This document shows, one piece after another, positions 12,755-24,463 of a DNA stretch of 64,000 nucleotides. The notes beneath the pieces were generated by a model that made no database searches, was not told the origin of the DNA, and was given only the letters and a program-made list of their open reading frames with translations. Location of the stretch: NCBI RefSeq assembly GCF_001194135.2, contig NC_068985.1:120079785-120143784 (forward strand). Direction: 5' to 3'. Within the stretch, counting starts at the first letter, position 1. Each line of letters opens with the position of its first letter. This DNA is from Octopus bimaculoides (taxonomy: Eukaryota). The position numbers and the translations under genes were made by a program.

Positions 12755-12950
12755 ATGCACGTAGCACGCCGGGCGAAATACTTACCAGTGTTTTGTCTGC
12801 CGCTACGTTCTGAGTTCGAATTCCGCCAAGGTCGACTTTGCTTTCATCATTTCGGGGCCGATAAATTAGATACTAATCAAGTACTAGGGTGGATGTCAAC
12901 GACTGTTTCCCTCCCCACAAAAATTCAGGCATTGTGCTTATAGTAGAAAG
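12755..12950 (+). mobile_element. SINE family B
   Basis: AGCACGCCGGGCGAAATACTTA...GTTCGAATTCCGCCAAGGTCGACTTTGC...CATTGTGC. Confidence 0.88.
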
Positions 12951-13020
12951 GTTTATTTACAGAATTGTAAAAAACGACACTGCTTATCAAAAGCCATTGC
13001 ATATATATATATATATATAA

Positions 13021-13217
13021 ATGCGCCATTTCAAAGCCTAGCCAGGCTCATGGGCCCGGTTTCTTGGTTTTAATGGCGTATGTGTTCCCCAAATGGACGG
13101 GACGCCAGTCCATCGCAGCGTTACTCATTTTTGCCAGCTGAGTGGACTGGAGCAACGTGAAATGAAGTGTTTTGCTCAAGGACATAACGCGTCCCCCAAT
13201 CCAGGAATCGAAATCAC
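13021..13217 (-). mobile_element. tRNA-derived SINE, family C; head cut by a gap
   Basis: Reverse complement reads TTCGATTCCTGG (B-box) ... TGTCCTTGAGCAAAACACTTCATTTCACGTTGCTCCAGTCCACTCAGCTG ... GCGATGGACTGGCGTCC. From memory this resembles Meta/V-type SINE central domains. Diverged homologue at 30950. Confidence 0.75.
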
Positions 13218-14041
13218 NNNNNNNNNNNNNNNNNNNNNNNNNNNNNNNNNNNNNNNNNNNNNNNNNNNNNNNNNNNNNNNNNNNNNNNNNNNNNNNNNNN
13301 NNNNNNNNNNNNNNNNNNNNNNNNNNNNNNNNNNNNNNNNNNNNNNNNNNNNNNNNNNNNNNNNNNNNNNNNNNNNNNNNNNNNNNNNNNNNNNNNNNNN
13401 NNNNNNNNNNNNNNNNNNNNNNNNNNNNNNNNNNNNNNNNNNNNNNNNNNNNNNNNNNNNNNNNNNNNNNNNNNNNNNNNNNNNNNNNNNNNNNNNNNNN
13501 NNNNNNNNNNNNNNNNNNNNNNNNNNNNNNNNNNNNNNNNNNNNNNNNNNNNNNNNNNNNNNNNNNNNNNNNNNNNNNNNNNNNNNNNNNNNNNNTATAT
13601 ATATATATATATGTATGTATATATACATATATATATAATAAATTGGACATGGGCGATCGTTGTATTCTTTCTTGTCTTGAAGTTCGCAGCCAAACGGCTG
13701 GGTTTATTCGCGTGAAAAGTGGCACACTTGTGGAAACGGGTGCATAGATTGGAATGCAGTTTGTATTTTTGCCTTGCCCCCATCCATAGTTATCGAGAAA
13801 ATTTATTAAGACTTCTTCTTATGGAATTACCCCGTCATTAAAACACCCAGTTGCTCACACAGCCGTCATATACCATTTCGCTAGCAACAAACAGAGTACA
13901 GCATGACTGTCAGCCAAAGCCATTCATCCATACGTAACCACTCTCTCCATTTCTCTGTCAGTCTCTCACACATTCACTCACTACAAAAAGTGAATAACAA
14001 CATTTCAGTTAACTCTCTCGGACATACATATATCTATGTAT

Positions 14042-14397
14042 TGTTGTTGCCGGCACTCCGTCGTTTACGACGTCGCGTGTTCCAGTTGATCCGATCAACG
14101 GAACAGCCTGCTCGTGAAATTAACGTGCAAGTCGCTGAGCACTCCACAGACACGTGTACCCTTAACGTCGTTCTCGGGGATATTCAGCGTGACACAGAGT
14201 GTGACAGGGCTAACCCTTTGAATTACAGGTACAACAGAAACAGGAAGTAAGAGTGAAAGAAAGTTGTGGTGAAAGAGTACAGCAGGGTTCGCCACCAACA
14301 CCTGCCGGAGACTCATGGAGCTTTAGGTGTTTTCGCTCAATAAACACATCCTATGACCGCGAGTCCGCTGCCGTAACCATTGTGCCTCCACACATCT
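14042..14397 (-). mobile_element. tRNA-related SINE, family D; this copy has no recognisable B-box
   Basis: GC-rich 355-bp unit. The minus strand starts GATGTGTGGAGGCACAATGGTTACGGCAGCGGACTCGCGGTC and ends with two hairpins and a CAACAACAA tail. Confidence 0.65.
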
Positions 14398-14520
14398 ATG
14401 TATATATACATACATACATACAAACATGCATACATGCAAACATACATACATACACACATACATACATACACACATACATACATACATACATACATACATA
14501 CATACATAACAACCTGCGTG

Positions 14521-14558
<38 letters not shown>

Positions 14559-15475
14559 TGNNNNNNNNNNNNNNNNNNNNNNNNNNNNNNNNNNNNNNNN
14601 NNNNNNNNNNNNNNNNNNNNNNNNNNNNNNNNNNNNNNNNNNNNNNNNNNNNNNNNNNNNNNNNNNNNNNNNNNNNNNNNNNNNNNNNNNNNNNNNNNNN
14701 NNNNNNNNNNNNNNNNNNNNNNNNNNNNNNNNNNNNNNNNNNNNNNNNNNNNNNNNNNNNNNNNNNNNNNNNNNNNNNNNNNNNNNNNNNNNNNNNNNNN
14801 NNNNNNNNNNNNNNNNNNNNNNNNNNNNNNNNNNNNNNNNNNNNNNNNNNNNNNNNNNNNNNNNNNNNNNNNNNNNNNNNNNNNNNNNNNNNNNNNNNNN
14901 NNNNNNNNNNNNNNNNNNNNNNNNNNNNNNNNNNNNNNNNNNNNNNNNNNNNNNNNNNNNNNNNNNNNNNNNNNNNNNNNNNNNNNNNNNNNNNNNNNNN
15001 NNNNNNNNNNNNNNNNNNNNNNNNNNNNNNNNNNNNNNNNNNNNNNNNNNNNNNNNNNNNNNNNNNNNNNNNNNNNNNNNNNNNNNNNNNNNNNNNNNNN
15101 NNNNNNNNNNNNNNNNNNNNNNNNNNNNNNNNNNNNNNNNNNNNNNNNNNNNNNNNNNNNNNNNNNNNNNNNNNNNNNNNNNNNNNNNNNNNNNNNNNNN
15201 NNNNNNNNNNNNNNNNNNNNNNNNNNNNNNNNNNNNNNNNNNNNNNNNNNNNNNNNNNNNNNNNNNNNNNNNNNNNNNNNNNNNNNNNNNNNNNNNNNNN
15301 NNNNNNNNNNNNNNNNNNNNNNNNNNNNNNNNNNNNNNNNNNNNNNNNNNNNNNNNNNNNNNNNNNNNNNNNNNNNNNNNNNNNNNNNNNNNNNNNNNNN
15401 NNNNNNNNNNNNNNNNNNNNNNNNNNNNNNNNNNNNNNNNNNNNNNNNNNNNNNNNNNNNNNNNNNNNNNNNNNN

Positions 15476-15515
<40 letters not shown>

Positions 15516-15575
15516 TGTGTGTTTGTTTGTGTGTGTGTGTGTATACTTATATATACATACATATATATATACATA

Positions 15576-15749
15576 TGTTGTGTCGACGCCCCCAATCGAA
15601 GAAGTAGGCTCGACCAAGACATATAAATAGAGGTAGTCTGACTACGGTAGGAGTCGACTGATGGTGGACTGACATTTGAGTAACTGCTGTGTAGCGGTTG
15701 AGTAGAGATCATCCGAAGGTGCTAAATAGAAGTAGCTTGAGACATAACA
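15576..15749. mobile_element. Candidate short solo LTR (174 bp)
   Basis: TG...CA ends; 9-bp terminal inverted repeat TGTTGTGTC / GACATAACA (8/9); flanking 5-bp direct repeat ACATA; TATAAATA at 15622-15629. Confidence 0.5.
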
Positions 15750-15761
15750 ACATATATATGC

Positions 15762-15946
15762 ATATGTGGTCACAGGGCGTCACGAAATGTGTACAACAAA
15801 AAATACGAAGTACAAATACGTGGAATATGAACTATTTTTTCCAACAACGAAAGACACAAATAAAAAACAAGACAAACACAAAATAATAACCCTTCATCAG
15901 TTGTTAGCTGTTTGTCTACTATTGTATTACGAGCATTTAACAACAA
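15762..15946. repeat. Interspersed repeat, second copy at about 29450-29640; possibly a PLE-type terminus
   Basis: Both loci share CATATGTGG.CACAGG..GTCACGA...CAACGAAAGACACAAAT...CCTTCATCAGTTGTT.GCTGTTT...AACAACAATAT. Confidence 0.8.
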
Positions 15947-16346
15947 TATATATATACACACACATAGCATCAAAAAAAGAAACAAGGATATCCAGAGGTA
16001 GCTTCTAAGTGGAAGGAAGGGCAACAATGTTCTTTGTCTATCTCCTTAACTTGGAGATTTTAGGCAAAAGTATACTAATGTATCCATCTGTTTTAATTTA
16101 ATTAAATTCTATGTCTTTGTGCAGCTGAGGATTGATCTACATTTGAATTGATGTAATGGTTGCATTGTTAAATTAAATGGAATTGCGTGAAACGATCGTA
16201 CTGCATTACCTCTGGATATCCTTGTTACTTATTTTGATTCTTATCACCTTATTTTGAAATTGTATGGACAATACCGTACCAAATTCTGGTGCTTCAAATA
16301 AAGTACCATATTTATCTGAATCTAAATTTTTGCCACACACACACAC

Positions 16347-16393
<47 letters not shown>

Positions 16394-17729
16394 NNNNNNN
16401 NNNNNNNNNNNNNNNNNNNNNNNNNNNNNNNNNNNNNNNNNNNNNNNNNNNNNNNNNNNNNNNNNNNNNNNNNNNNNNNNNNNNNNNNNNNNNNNNNNNN
16501 NNNNNNNNNNNNNNNNNNNNNNNNNNNNNNNNNNNNNNNNNNNNNNNNNNNNNNNNNNNNNNNNNNNNNNNNNNNNNNNNNNNNNNNNNNNNNNNNNNNN
16601 NNNNNNNNNNNNNNNNNNNNNNNNNNNNNNNNNNNNNNNNNNNNNNNNNNNNNNNNNNNNNNNNNNNNNNNNNNNNNNNNNNNNNNNNNNNNNNNNNNNN
16701 NNNNNNNNNNNNNNNNNNNNNNNNNNNNNNNNNNNNNNNNNNNNNNNNNNNNNNNNNNNNNNNNNNNNNNNNNNNNNNNNNNNNNNNNNNNNNNNNNNNN
16801 NNNNNNNNNNNNNNNNNNNNNNNNNNNNNNNNNNNNNNNNNNNNNNNNNNNNNNNNNNNNNNNNNNNNNNNNNNNNNNNNNNNNNNNNNNNNNNNNNNNN
16901 NNNNNNNNNNNNNNNNNNNNNNNNNNNNNNNNNNNNNNNNNNNNNNNNNNNNNNNNNNNNNNNNNNNNNNNNNNNNNNNNNNNNNNNNNNNNNNNNNNNN
17001 NNNNNNNNNNNNNNNNNNNNNNNNNNNNNNNNNNNNNNNNNNNNNNNNNNNNNNNNNNNNNNNNNNNNNNNNNNNNNNNNNNNNNNNNNNNNNNNNNNNN
17101 NNNNNNTATATATATATATATATATTTGTGGAAGAGGACAATAAACGACGAGGCATAACAGGCATCTTAAATCATATACTTTATTTTATATTCATCTTAA
17201 ATTATTTGAGCTCTTACAGCTGTTTCTGGGATTTCAGTGAAATTCAGTTAATAGATCTAGACATTCGCAAATAATAAGCAAACAATAAGCAATGAAATAG
17301 ACGACTACATAGTAAGGAAATAAGTAAATAATTTTCAGAGTTTATTTTTCAGAGGGTATGAATGTTAGTCCGTAAGTTCTTAGGTAAAGTCCAAGGTAAA
17401 TCCAGGCCAGGCAGTTTTACGGCAAAGTATGAGTAGAGCGTTCACAGCATAAATATCGAGGCAATATTCTATCACAAATGGGAATGATGTGTTTATATTG
17501 AGAGAATTCCATCAAGAATAAGGAAATGGAATATTTTGAAGTGGTCAGTATTGTTGTTCTTCACAAAAGATGAGTTGTCTGGTGTCTATTGATTTGAGGT
17601 CACCTATTCAGTTGTCACAGCTGGTCTGGTGTACGTATATATACGACTTGAGATATGTACCTTGCCTTAATGTTTACTGTCTCGTTCAACAATTTTTTAT
17701 ATATGTATATGTATATATATATGCATAAG

Positions 17730-17760
<31 letters not shown>

Positions 17761-18067
17761 TTCCCTTTTCGTGTATGTTTTGTATATGCACTTGTAAAAA
17801 AGTTATCTTTTGCTATTTAAGCAACCAGCAAAACATATATTATAAGTTTGAAAATGGCTACTTTAAGCTCGAACCTCAATTGAGAGTAGCTTACTGTAAA
17901 CATTATTATTAAGATTAAAATTTAAATTATCCCCTCAGAAATCCATCTCTACTCATTCTGTCATATATATATATATAGCTCATATTTACAGAAAAACAAA
18001 AGACTAAGGTAGGTGTAGGAACAACAAGCAGGTGTATTAGTTTAACGCTCTGGAAATAGGAAAAGTG

Positions 18068-18101
18068 TTTTACGTTTCGAGCCTACACTCTTCGACAGAA
18101 A
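18068..18101 (-). ncRNA. Minimal type-I hammerhead-ribozyme-like motif (core CUGUCGA)
   Basis: Minus strand reads TTT CTGTCGA A GAG tgtagg CTC GAAA CG TA AAA. It lies in the PLE terminal repeat. Confidence 0.55.
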
Positions 18102-21092
18102 GGATTAAGAGTCAAAAAATGGAGAGAGAAAAACTGTATAGAGCTGCACCATCGAACATTGTGTATAACTGGAAAAAATAAGAGGTTGAATAAAAGAGGG
18201 ATAATAATAAAAAGAGGTCGAATTAATGGGAGATAATAGTGGTGATCCCAACCAACTAGTACGCAAGCGTGTATGTGTCTATGTGAAAATGATATGTGGG
18301 TGTGTAACGTGTGTGTGTGTGTGTGTGTTGTGTGTAAAAGTTGAGGCGTGCTTTTTCATGTGGTGTGTACACATTTGTATGGGTGTGTGCGTGTGTCTGT
18401 GACCAAATAATGTGCGGGTGTATAGTGCATGTTAGTGGACGAATGTTATCTGTCTCTATGCGTGTTGTGTGTGCTTATGTGTGTTGCATGTTTGTGTATA
18501 TATTGTCTATGTTCAGGTATTATGTGCGTGTGTGGGTGTCGGAGTTTTCATGACAGTTTATGGTGTCTCAACTGAGTTAAACAGTGTGTGGTTGCTCGTA
18601 CAGTGGTATGTGTGGTGACGCTACTGAGATTGTGTGGACGTGTGAATAATAGTGTCTGGTGTAGGTGCTGAGAATTTGTCGGCGCTAGTGTGTATGGAGT
18701 GAGAAGGTTTTGTGGGTATGTGTGTAATGGTATGTGAGGTAAGTGATGACTTAAACAGTATCGTGTCCATACAGTGGTGCGTGTGTGGTAGGGTTACCGA
18801 GGACGGTGGTATGCAGGTATGTAGGTCGAGAGGGTTAGCTGAATGTAGGAGGTGTGTGGAAATTCGTGTGTGGAAATTCGTATGTGGAAATTCGTGTCAG
18901 ATGAAGGGAAGAGGTGAATTGAGCCCTTATGGCACCAAGGTGATAGCGGGTGATAGAGGTGCAGGAATAGGAGTCGGTGACTTAATAGGGACGGTGTTGT
19001 ATGCCTGTGAGGGTGGTGGTGTTGGAGAGGTAGGGGCAGGTGCGACAGCGTGGCCGGGACAGGGCAAGGAAGCGGGCTGGGAGGCGGAGGTAGGGAAAAA
19101 ACTGTGGACCAAGTCACGCAGGTTATTGGCTTGTTTGAAGGAGGGAAGTGGTCGGTTAAGGAAGATATGCGAGGTGGAGGGGTTAGATTGGAATCGCCAG
19201 AATGCTCGGAGAATGGTGCGTTCGAAGGGTAGATTGAGGGGTGGTAGGTGAGAGGAAGCGGGAAACAGGTAAGGGTAGGGCTGGTGCGGGGAAGAAAGAG
19301 CAGAGGCGCGGTTCACAGATCGTGCCTGCTCAAGAGTAGTGTGAATAATGGTGAAGGAATATCTACGTAGGATCAAATTGTAAGCCATGAGTTGAGATTG
19401 AGCTGCAAAATGATGATTGTCACTGTAAAACCTGCGTAGATGGAGGAATTAGGAGTAGGAGATGGAGAGCATGGTGTGGATAGGGTGGGAAAAGGAGCAG
19501 TTAATATAAGAGTGTGAGTCAGTGTGTTTGTAGTGGATGGAGGTAATAAGAGCGGAGTGGTGTATGCTGACAGAAATGTCGAGAAATTCAACGGAAGAGT
19601 TGATAGTGTAGGAGAATTCGAGGAGAGGATGATAGGATTGGACAAAGGAAAACAAGGAGTTCCCTTCTTCGCGCGAAAGAGAGGTGGCGCCGATACATTC
19701 AACGATATAACGACCGGATAGCTCGGGAGTGGGAAAATATTTGGACCTTAACATAGTCAACGAACAGGTTCTCATAGTTGGGGCCCACTCTCGTTCCCAT
19801 GGCCACTCTCGGGAATTCTGGTAAAACGCCCACGCGAATGACAAGCAGTTGAGCAAGAGGACATGTTCGGCCACATGAACTGTAAAGGTGTCAGGTTGAG
19901 TGTCAGCCCGAAGGGCAAGGAATTGTTTAGACGCATGAAGTCGTTCGCTGTGTGTGATCACCGTATACAAACTTTTAATGTTAAGAGTGAACAGAAGTTC
20001 AGAGTAAACAGAAGTTCAAGTGAACAGAAGTTCAAGTGAACAGAAGTTCAGAGGGTCCAAAACGAAGTTAAACAACGGGAGAACATGATTGGTGTTGTGG
20101 ATGTGTGAGGGGAGGGAAGTAACAGGCACTGACGATGGGGCGGCCAGTGTTGATGGGCTTGTGAATTTTGGAAAGGAAGTAAATAGTGGGGATGCGTGGG
20201 GAGAAAATAAGGTCATGAATAGTGGAGAACGCAGTCTAGGGGTGGTTAAGCGTGGGGTTGGAGGGCAGAGGGCAATAGAAGGAGGTGTCTTGAAGTTGAC
20301 GGAGAGCTTCAGCCTTGTAACTGTTTGCGTGCCACACCACTAAAGGTCAATAGTTGTCGGCCGGTTTGATGATGATATGTCTGCGACGTGGAGATATCGA
20401 GAGATTAGAACTAATACTTTCACGCATAAGGAGGTGGGAAGTGGTGCGGAGTATTGGTAAGATGGCAGATGCAGAATGGAAAGTAGGATGGAAATGGAAT
20501 CAGAAACCTTTGGAGATGAGGTGGTTGTGAAGGCAACGACTGAGAAAGGAAATATGACTAGAAAAGCATGTTTTTTGAAAATCAGTAGGGTAGGATAATA
20601 GAAGGTTGAAAGCAGCGGAAAGGATGCGTGGTAAGGTGGTTTTTTAGGCGGTAGTGAAGGTGGAAGAGAAAGGATTTATAATTAGACATGTTGGAAAAAG
20701 GAGAGAAAAAGTTAAAATGGTGATAGAAGAGCAAAATTATTAAGGTAGGGAGTATAAAGTTCAGAAAGTTCAAAAAGTTGTGGTAGATTAAAGCGATTTC
20801 CATCGACGAAAATAGGTAGTGAGATCCGTGAAGGTACAGTCCAAAAGAGTACGAAGATTCTGTGGTAATCTGAGTGGTGTGCTGGTATGTGGATGAGGAG
20901 AGGTACAGAAAGTTCGGGAAGTAGTTAAGATGCATGTCAAAGAGAATAGAAAGTTCAGTCAGGATCAAAGTGGGGGTAAACACGTGAGAATATGATATAT
21001 AATTCAAATTTACAGAAGAACAAAAGATGATGACAAGTATAGGAACAACAAGCAGGTGTGTTAGTTTAATGCTCGAGTAAATTGGAAAAGTA

Positions 21093-21126
21093 TTTTATGT
21101 TTCGTGCTTACACTCCTCGACAGAAA
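21093..21126 (-). ncRNA. Degenerate hammerhead-like motif in the second terminal repeat of the PLE
   Basis: Minus strand reads TTT CTGTCGA G GAG tgtaag CAC GAAA CA TA AAA. Confidence 0.4.
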
Positions 21127-22584
21127 AGGGATAAGAGGAAAAAATGGGGAGAGAATGAAAAGAAACGGAGAGAGAAAAACTGTGTCGAGTTATGTGTCCA
21201 GTGTGTGTGTGTGTGTGTGTGTGTGCGTGTGCGCGCGCGTGCGCTGTTTTCTGTATTTACTCCATGTTATGCTTACCGGTAAAGTACGGCATGTAGGTTA
21301 GACTCGGCTAGAAATAAAAAAAAAACTGTATGCACTTCTATAGCTGCAATCCTATGAGTAAACAAATGAAATAAAAGGAAAAAATATGTAATGATGTATA
21401 AAGATTGTATGTCATCATATTTAAAGAAGAAAAATCAGGTGGCAACGACAATCGTTTATTCACCATATCTCTTAGAGTATACTTTCTGCAAATTGCTTAT
21501 TTGAAAATTAACAAAACCCGGCAGAGCTTTAAGCAAATCGCCTGCAGAAGAATATCTACTTTAAGAGGTCTAATAATATATTACTGATGTAGTGCGTTAA
21601 TTATACGGCAAATCGATAAGGCTATATATAAATAATTAAGGAAGCAGGGAAGATACCGGGATTAGAAAACAGAAATTGATGAATGAGAAATACATTAAAG
21701 CGAGATTTGTAGATAGACGAATCAATAAGTGTACATGGAGATTTTACCTTGCATCCACATTATAGATATTTCACCGGCCACCCTTCTACATGCATATAAA
21801 TAAATAAATATATATATAAATAAATAAATATATATATATANNNNNNNNNNNNNNNNNNNNNNNNNNNNNNNNNNNNNNNNNNNNNNNNNNNNNNNNNNNN
21901 NNNNNNNNNNNNNNNNNNNNNNNNNNNNNNNNNNNNNNNNNNNNNNNNNNNNNNNNNNNNNNNNNNNNNNNNNNNNNNNNNNNNNNNNNNNNNNNNNNNN
22001 NNNNNNNNNNNNNNNNNNNNNNNNNNNNNNNNNNNNNNNNNNNNNNNNNNNNNNNNNNNNNNNNNNNNNNNNNNNNNNNNNNNNNNNNNNNNNNNNNNNN
22101 NNNNNNNNNNNNNNNNNNNNNNNNNNNNNNNNNNNNNNNNNNNNNNNNNNNNNNNNNNNNNNNNNNNNNNNNNNNNNNNNNNNNNNNNNNNNNNNNNNNN
22201 NNNNNNNNNNNNNNNNNNNNNNNNNNNNNNNNNNNNNNNNNNNNNNNNNNNNNNNNNNNNNNNNNNNNNNNNNNNNNNNNNNNNNNNNNNNNNNNNNNNN
22301 NNNNNNNNNNNNNNNNNNNNNNNNNNNNNNNNNNNNNNNNNNNNNNNNNNNNNNNNNNNNNNNNNNNNNNNNNNNNNNNNNNNNNNNNNNNNNNNNNNNN
22401 NNNNNNNNNNNNNNNNNNNNNNNNNNNNNNNNNNNNNNNNNNNNNNNNNNNNNNNNNNNNNNNNNNNNNNNNNNNNNNNNNNNNNNNNNNNNNNNNNNNN
22501 NNNNNNNNNNNNNNNNNNNNNNNNNNNNNNNNNNNNNNNNNNNNNNNNNNNNNNNNNNNNNNNNNNNNNNNNNNNNNNNNNNNN

Positions 22585-22637
<53 letters not shown>

Positions 22638-22734
22638 GTGTCTGTGAGTGTGTGTGTGTGTTTGCCCCTGTGGGTGTTATGTATGCATACATACATTCAC
22701 ACATACATTCACACTTATATGTATCTATGTATGT

Positions 22735-23266
22735 ATTCTTTTATTTGTTTTGGTCATTTGACTGCAGCCATGCTGCAGCAATGCCTTCAAGGATTTTATT
22801 CGAACAAATCGATCCCACTACTTATTCTTTGTAAGCCTAGTACTTATTCTATTGTCCCTTTTGCCGAATCGCTAGGTTACGGAGATATAAACACACGAAC
22901 GCCGGTTGTCAAGAGGTGATGTGGGACAATATAGACGCAGAGACACGCACACATACATACACATACATACACATATAGATACATACACATATAGATACAT
23001 ACATACATACATACATACATACATACATACATACAGACAGACAGACAGATAGACAGACAAAGAAACATATGTGTGTATATGTGTGTGTCTGTGTGTCTGT
23101 GTGTGTATACGACGGGCGACTTTCTGTTTCCGTCAACTAAATCCGCTCAGAAAGCACTGGTCGGCCAGAGGCTACAGTAGAAGACATTGCCCAAGGTGCC
23201 ACGCAGTGGGACTGAAATCATGTGGTTGAAAAGCAAGTCCCTTACCAGACATTAGGCCTGCGCCTA
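22735..23266 (-). mobile_element. SINE family A, complete copy with a resolved internal compound microsatellite
   Basis: Tail at 22735-22925; (ATAC)n/(AGAC)n/(TG)n spacer at about 22930-23110; head at 23110-23266 ending CCTGCGCCTA. Confidence 0.92.
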
Positions 23267-24314
23267 TACATACATACAAAAGGGATATATACATATATAT
23301 ATATANNNNNNNNNNNNNNNNNNNNNNNNNNNNNNNNNNNNNNNNNNNNNNNNNNNNNNNNNNNNNNNNNNNNNNNNNNNNNNNNNNNNNNNNNNNNNNN
23401 NNNNNNNNNNNNNNNNNNNNNNNNNNNNNNNNNNNNNNNNNNNNNNNNNNNNNNNNNNNNNNNNNNNNNNNNNNNNNNNNNNNNNNNNNNNNNNNNNNNN
23501 NNNNNNNNNNNNNNNNNNNNNNNNNNNNNNNNNNNNNNNNNNNNNNNNNNNNNNNNNNNNNNNNNNNNNNNNNNNNNNNNNNNNNNNNNNNNNNNNNNNN
23601 NNNNNNNNNNNNNNNNNNNNNNNNNNNNNNNNNNNNNNNNNNNNNNNNNNNNNNNNNNNNNNNNNNNNNNNNNNNNNNNNNNNNNNNNNNNNNNNNNNNN
23701 NNNNNNNNNNNNNNNNNNNNNNNNNNNNNNNNNNNNNNNNNNNNNNNNNNNNNNNNNNNNNNNNNNNNNNNNNNNNNNNNNNNNNNNNNNNNNNNNNNNN
23801 NNNNNNNNNNNNNNNNNNNNNNNNNNNNNNNNNNNNNNNNNNNNNNNNNNNNNNNNNNNNNNNNNNNNNNNNNNNNNNNNNNNNNNNNNNNNNNNNNNNN
23901 NNNNNNNNNNNNNNNNNNNNNNNNNNNNNNNNNNNNNNNNNNNNNNNNNNNNNNNNNNNNNNNNNNNNNNNNNNNNNNNNNNNNNNNNNNNNNNNNNNNN
24001 NNNNNNNNNNNNNNNNNNNNNNNNNNNNNNNNNNNNNNNNNNNNNNNNNNNNNNNNNNNNNNNNNNNNNNNNNNNNNNNNNNNNNNNNNNNNNNNNNNNN
24101 NNNNNNNNNNNNNNNNNNNNNNNNNNNNNNNNNNNNNNNNNNNNNNNNNNNNNNNNNNNNNNNNNNNNNNNNNNNNNNNNNNNNNNNNNNNNTATATATA
24201 TATATATAATTTTCCCAGAGGATGTAGCAACCGTTACCAATATAGCATAAGAACTTACCTTAGGAGATCATTAATTAGATTCCTTAAGGGTCGTTCTCAC
24301 AGTTTATATATATA

Positions 24315-24425
24315 TCATAAGGTTTTTAAACTTTTGAATATTCATATTCAAAAGAGACAGAGACTTCAAATTCCATGAAGTCTCTGTCTCTTTTGAATAT
24401 GAAAATTTAAAAGTTAAAAACCTTA

Positions 24426-24428
<3 letters not shown>
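24315..24428. repeat. 114-bp near-perfect palindrome, probably a MITE in (TA)n
   Basis: Arms 24315-24368 and 24376-24428 around a 7-nt loop AATTCCA. They differ by about 2 mismatches and 1 indel; the inner 28 bp are perfect. TA runs on both sides. Confidence 0.93.

Positions 24429-24463
<35 letters not shown>

Larger units (their letters stand above)
17985..21190 (-). mobile_element. Decayed Penelope-like element flanked by direct terminal repeats (about 17985-18140 and 21009-21190)
   Basis: Minus-strand motifs PTIYFLSKIHKPINTGRPIVSAC, GRYIVECIGATS (decayed YIDD), FLDISVSIHHSALITSIHYKHTDSHSY and LPSFKQANNLRDLV. The two ends share TTTACAGAA...AGGAACAACAAGCAGGTGT.TTAGTTTAA.GCTC...CGACAGAAA. 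Confidence 0.88.

Noticed and set aside
13640-13790. GC-richer block with open frames on both strands
   Set aside because: No recognisable homology or clear splice sites.
17400-17640. Possible CR1/L2 3' end (HFKYS...WNSL-like on the minus strand)
   Set aside because: Needs several assumed frameshifts.
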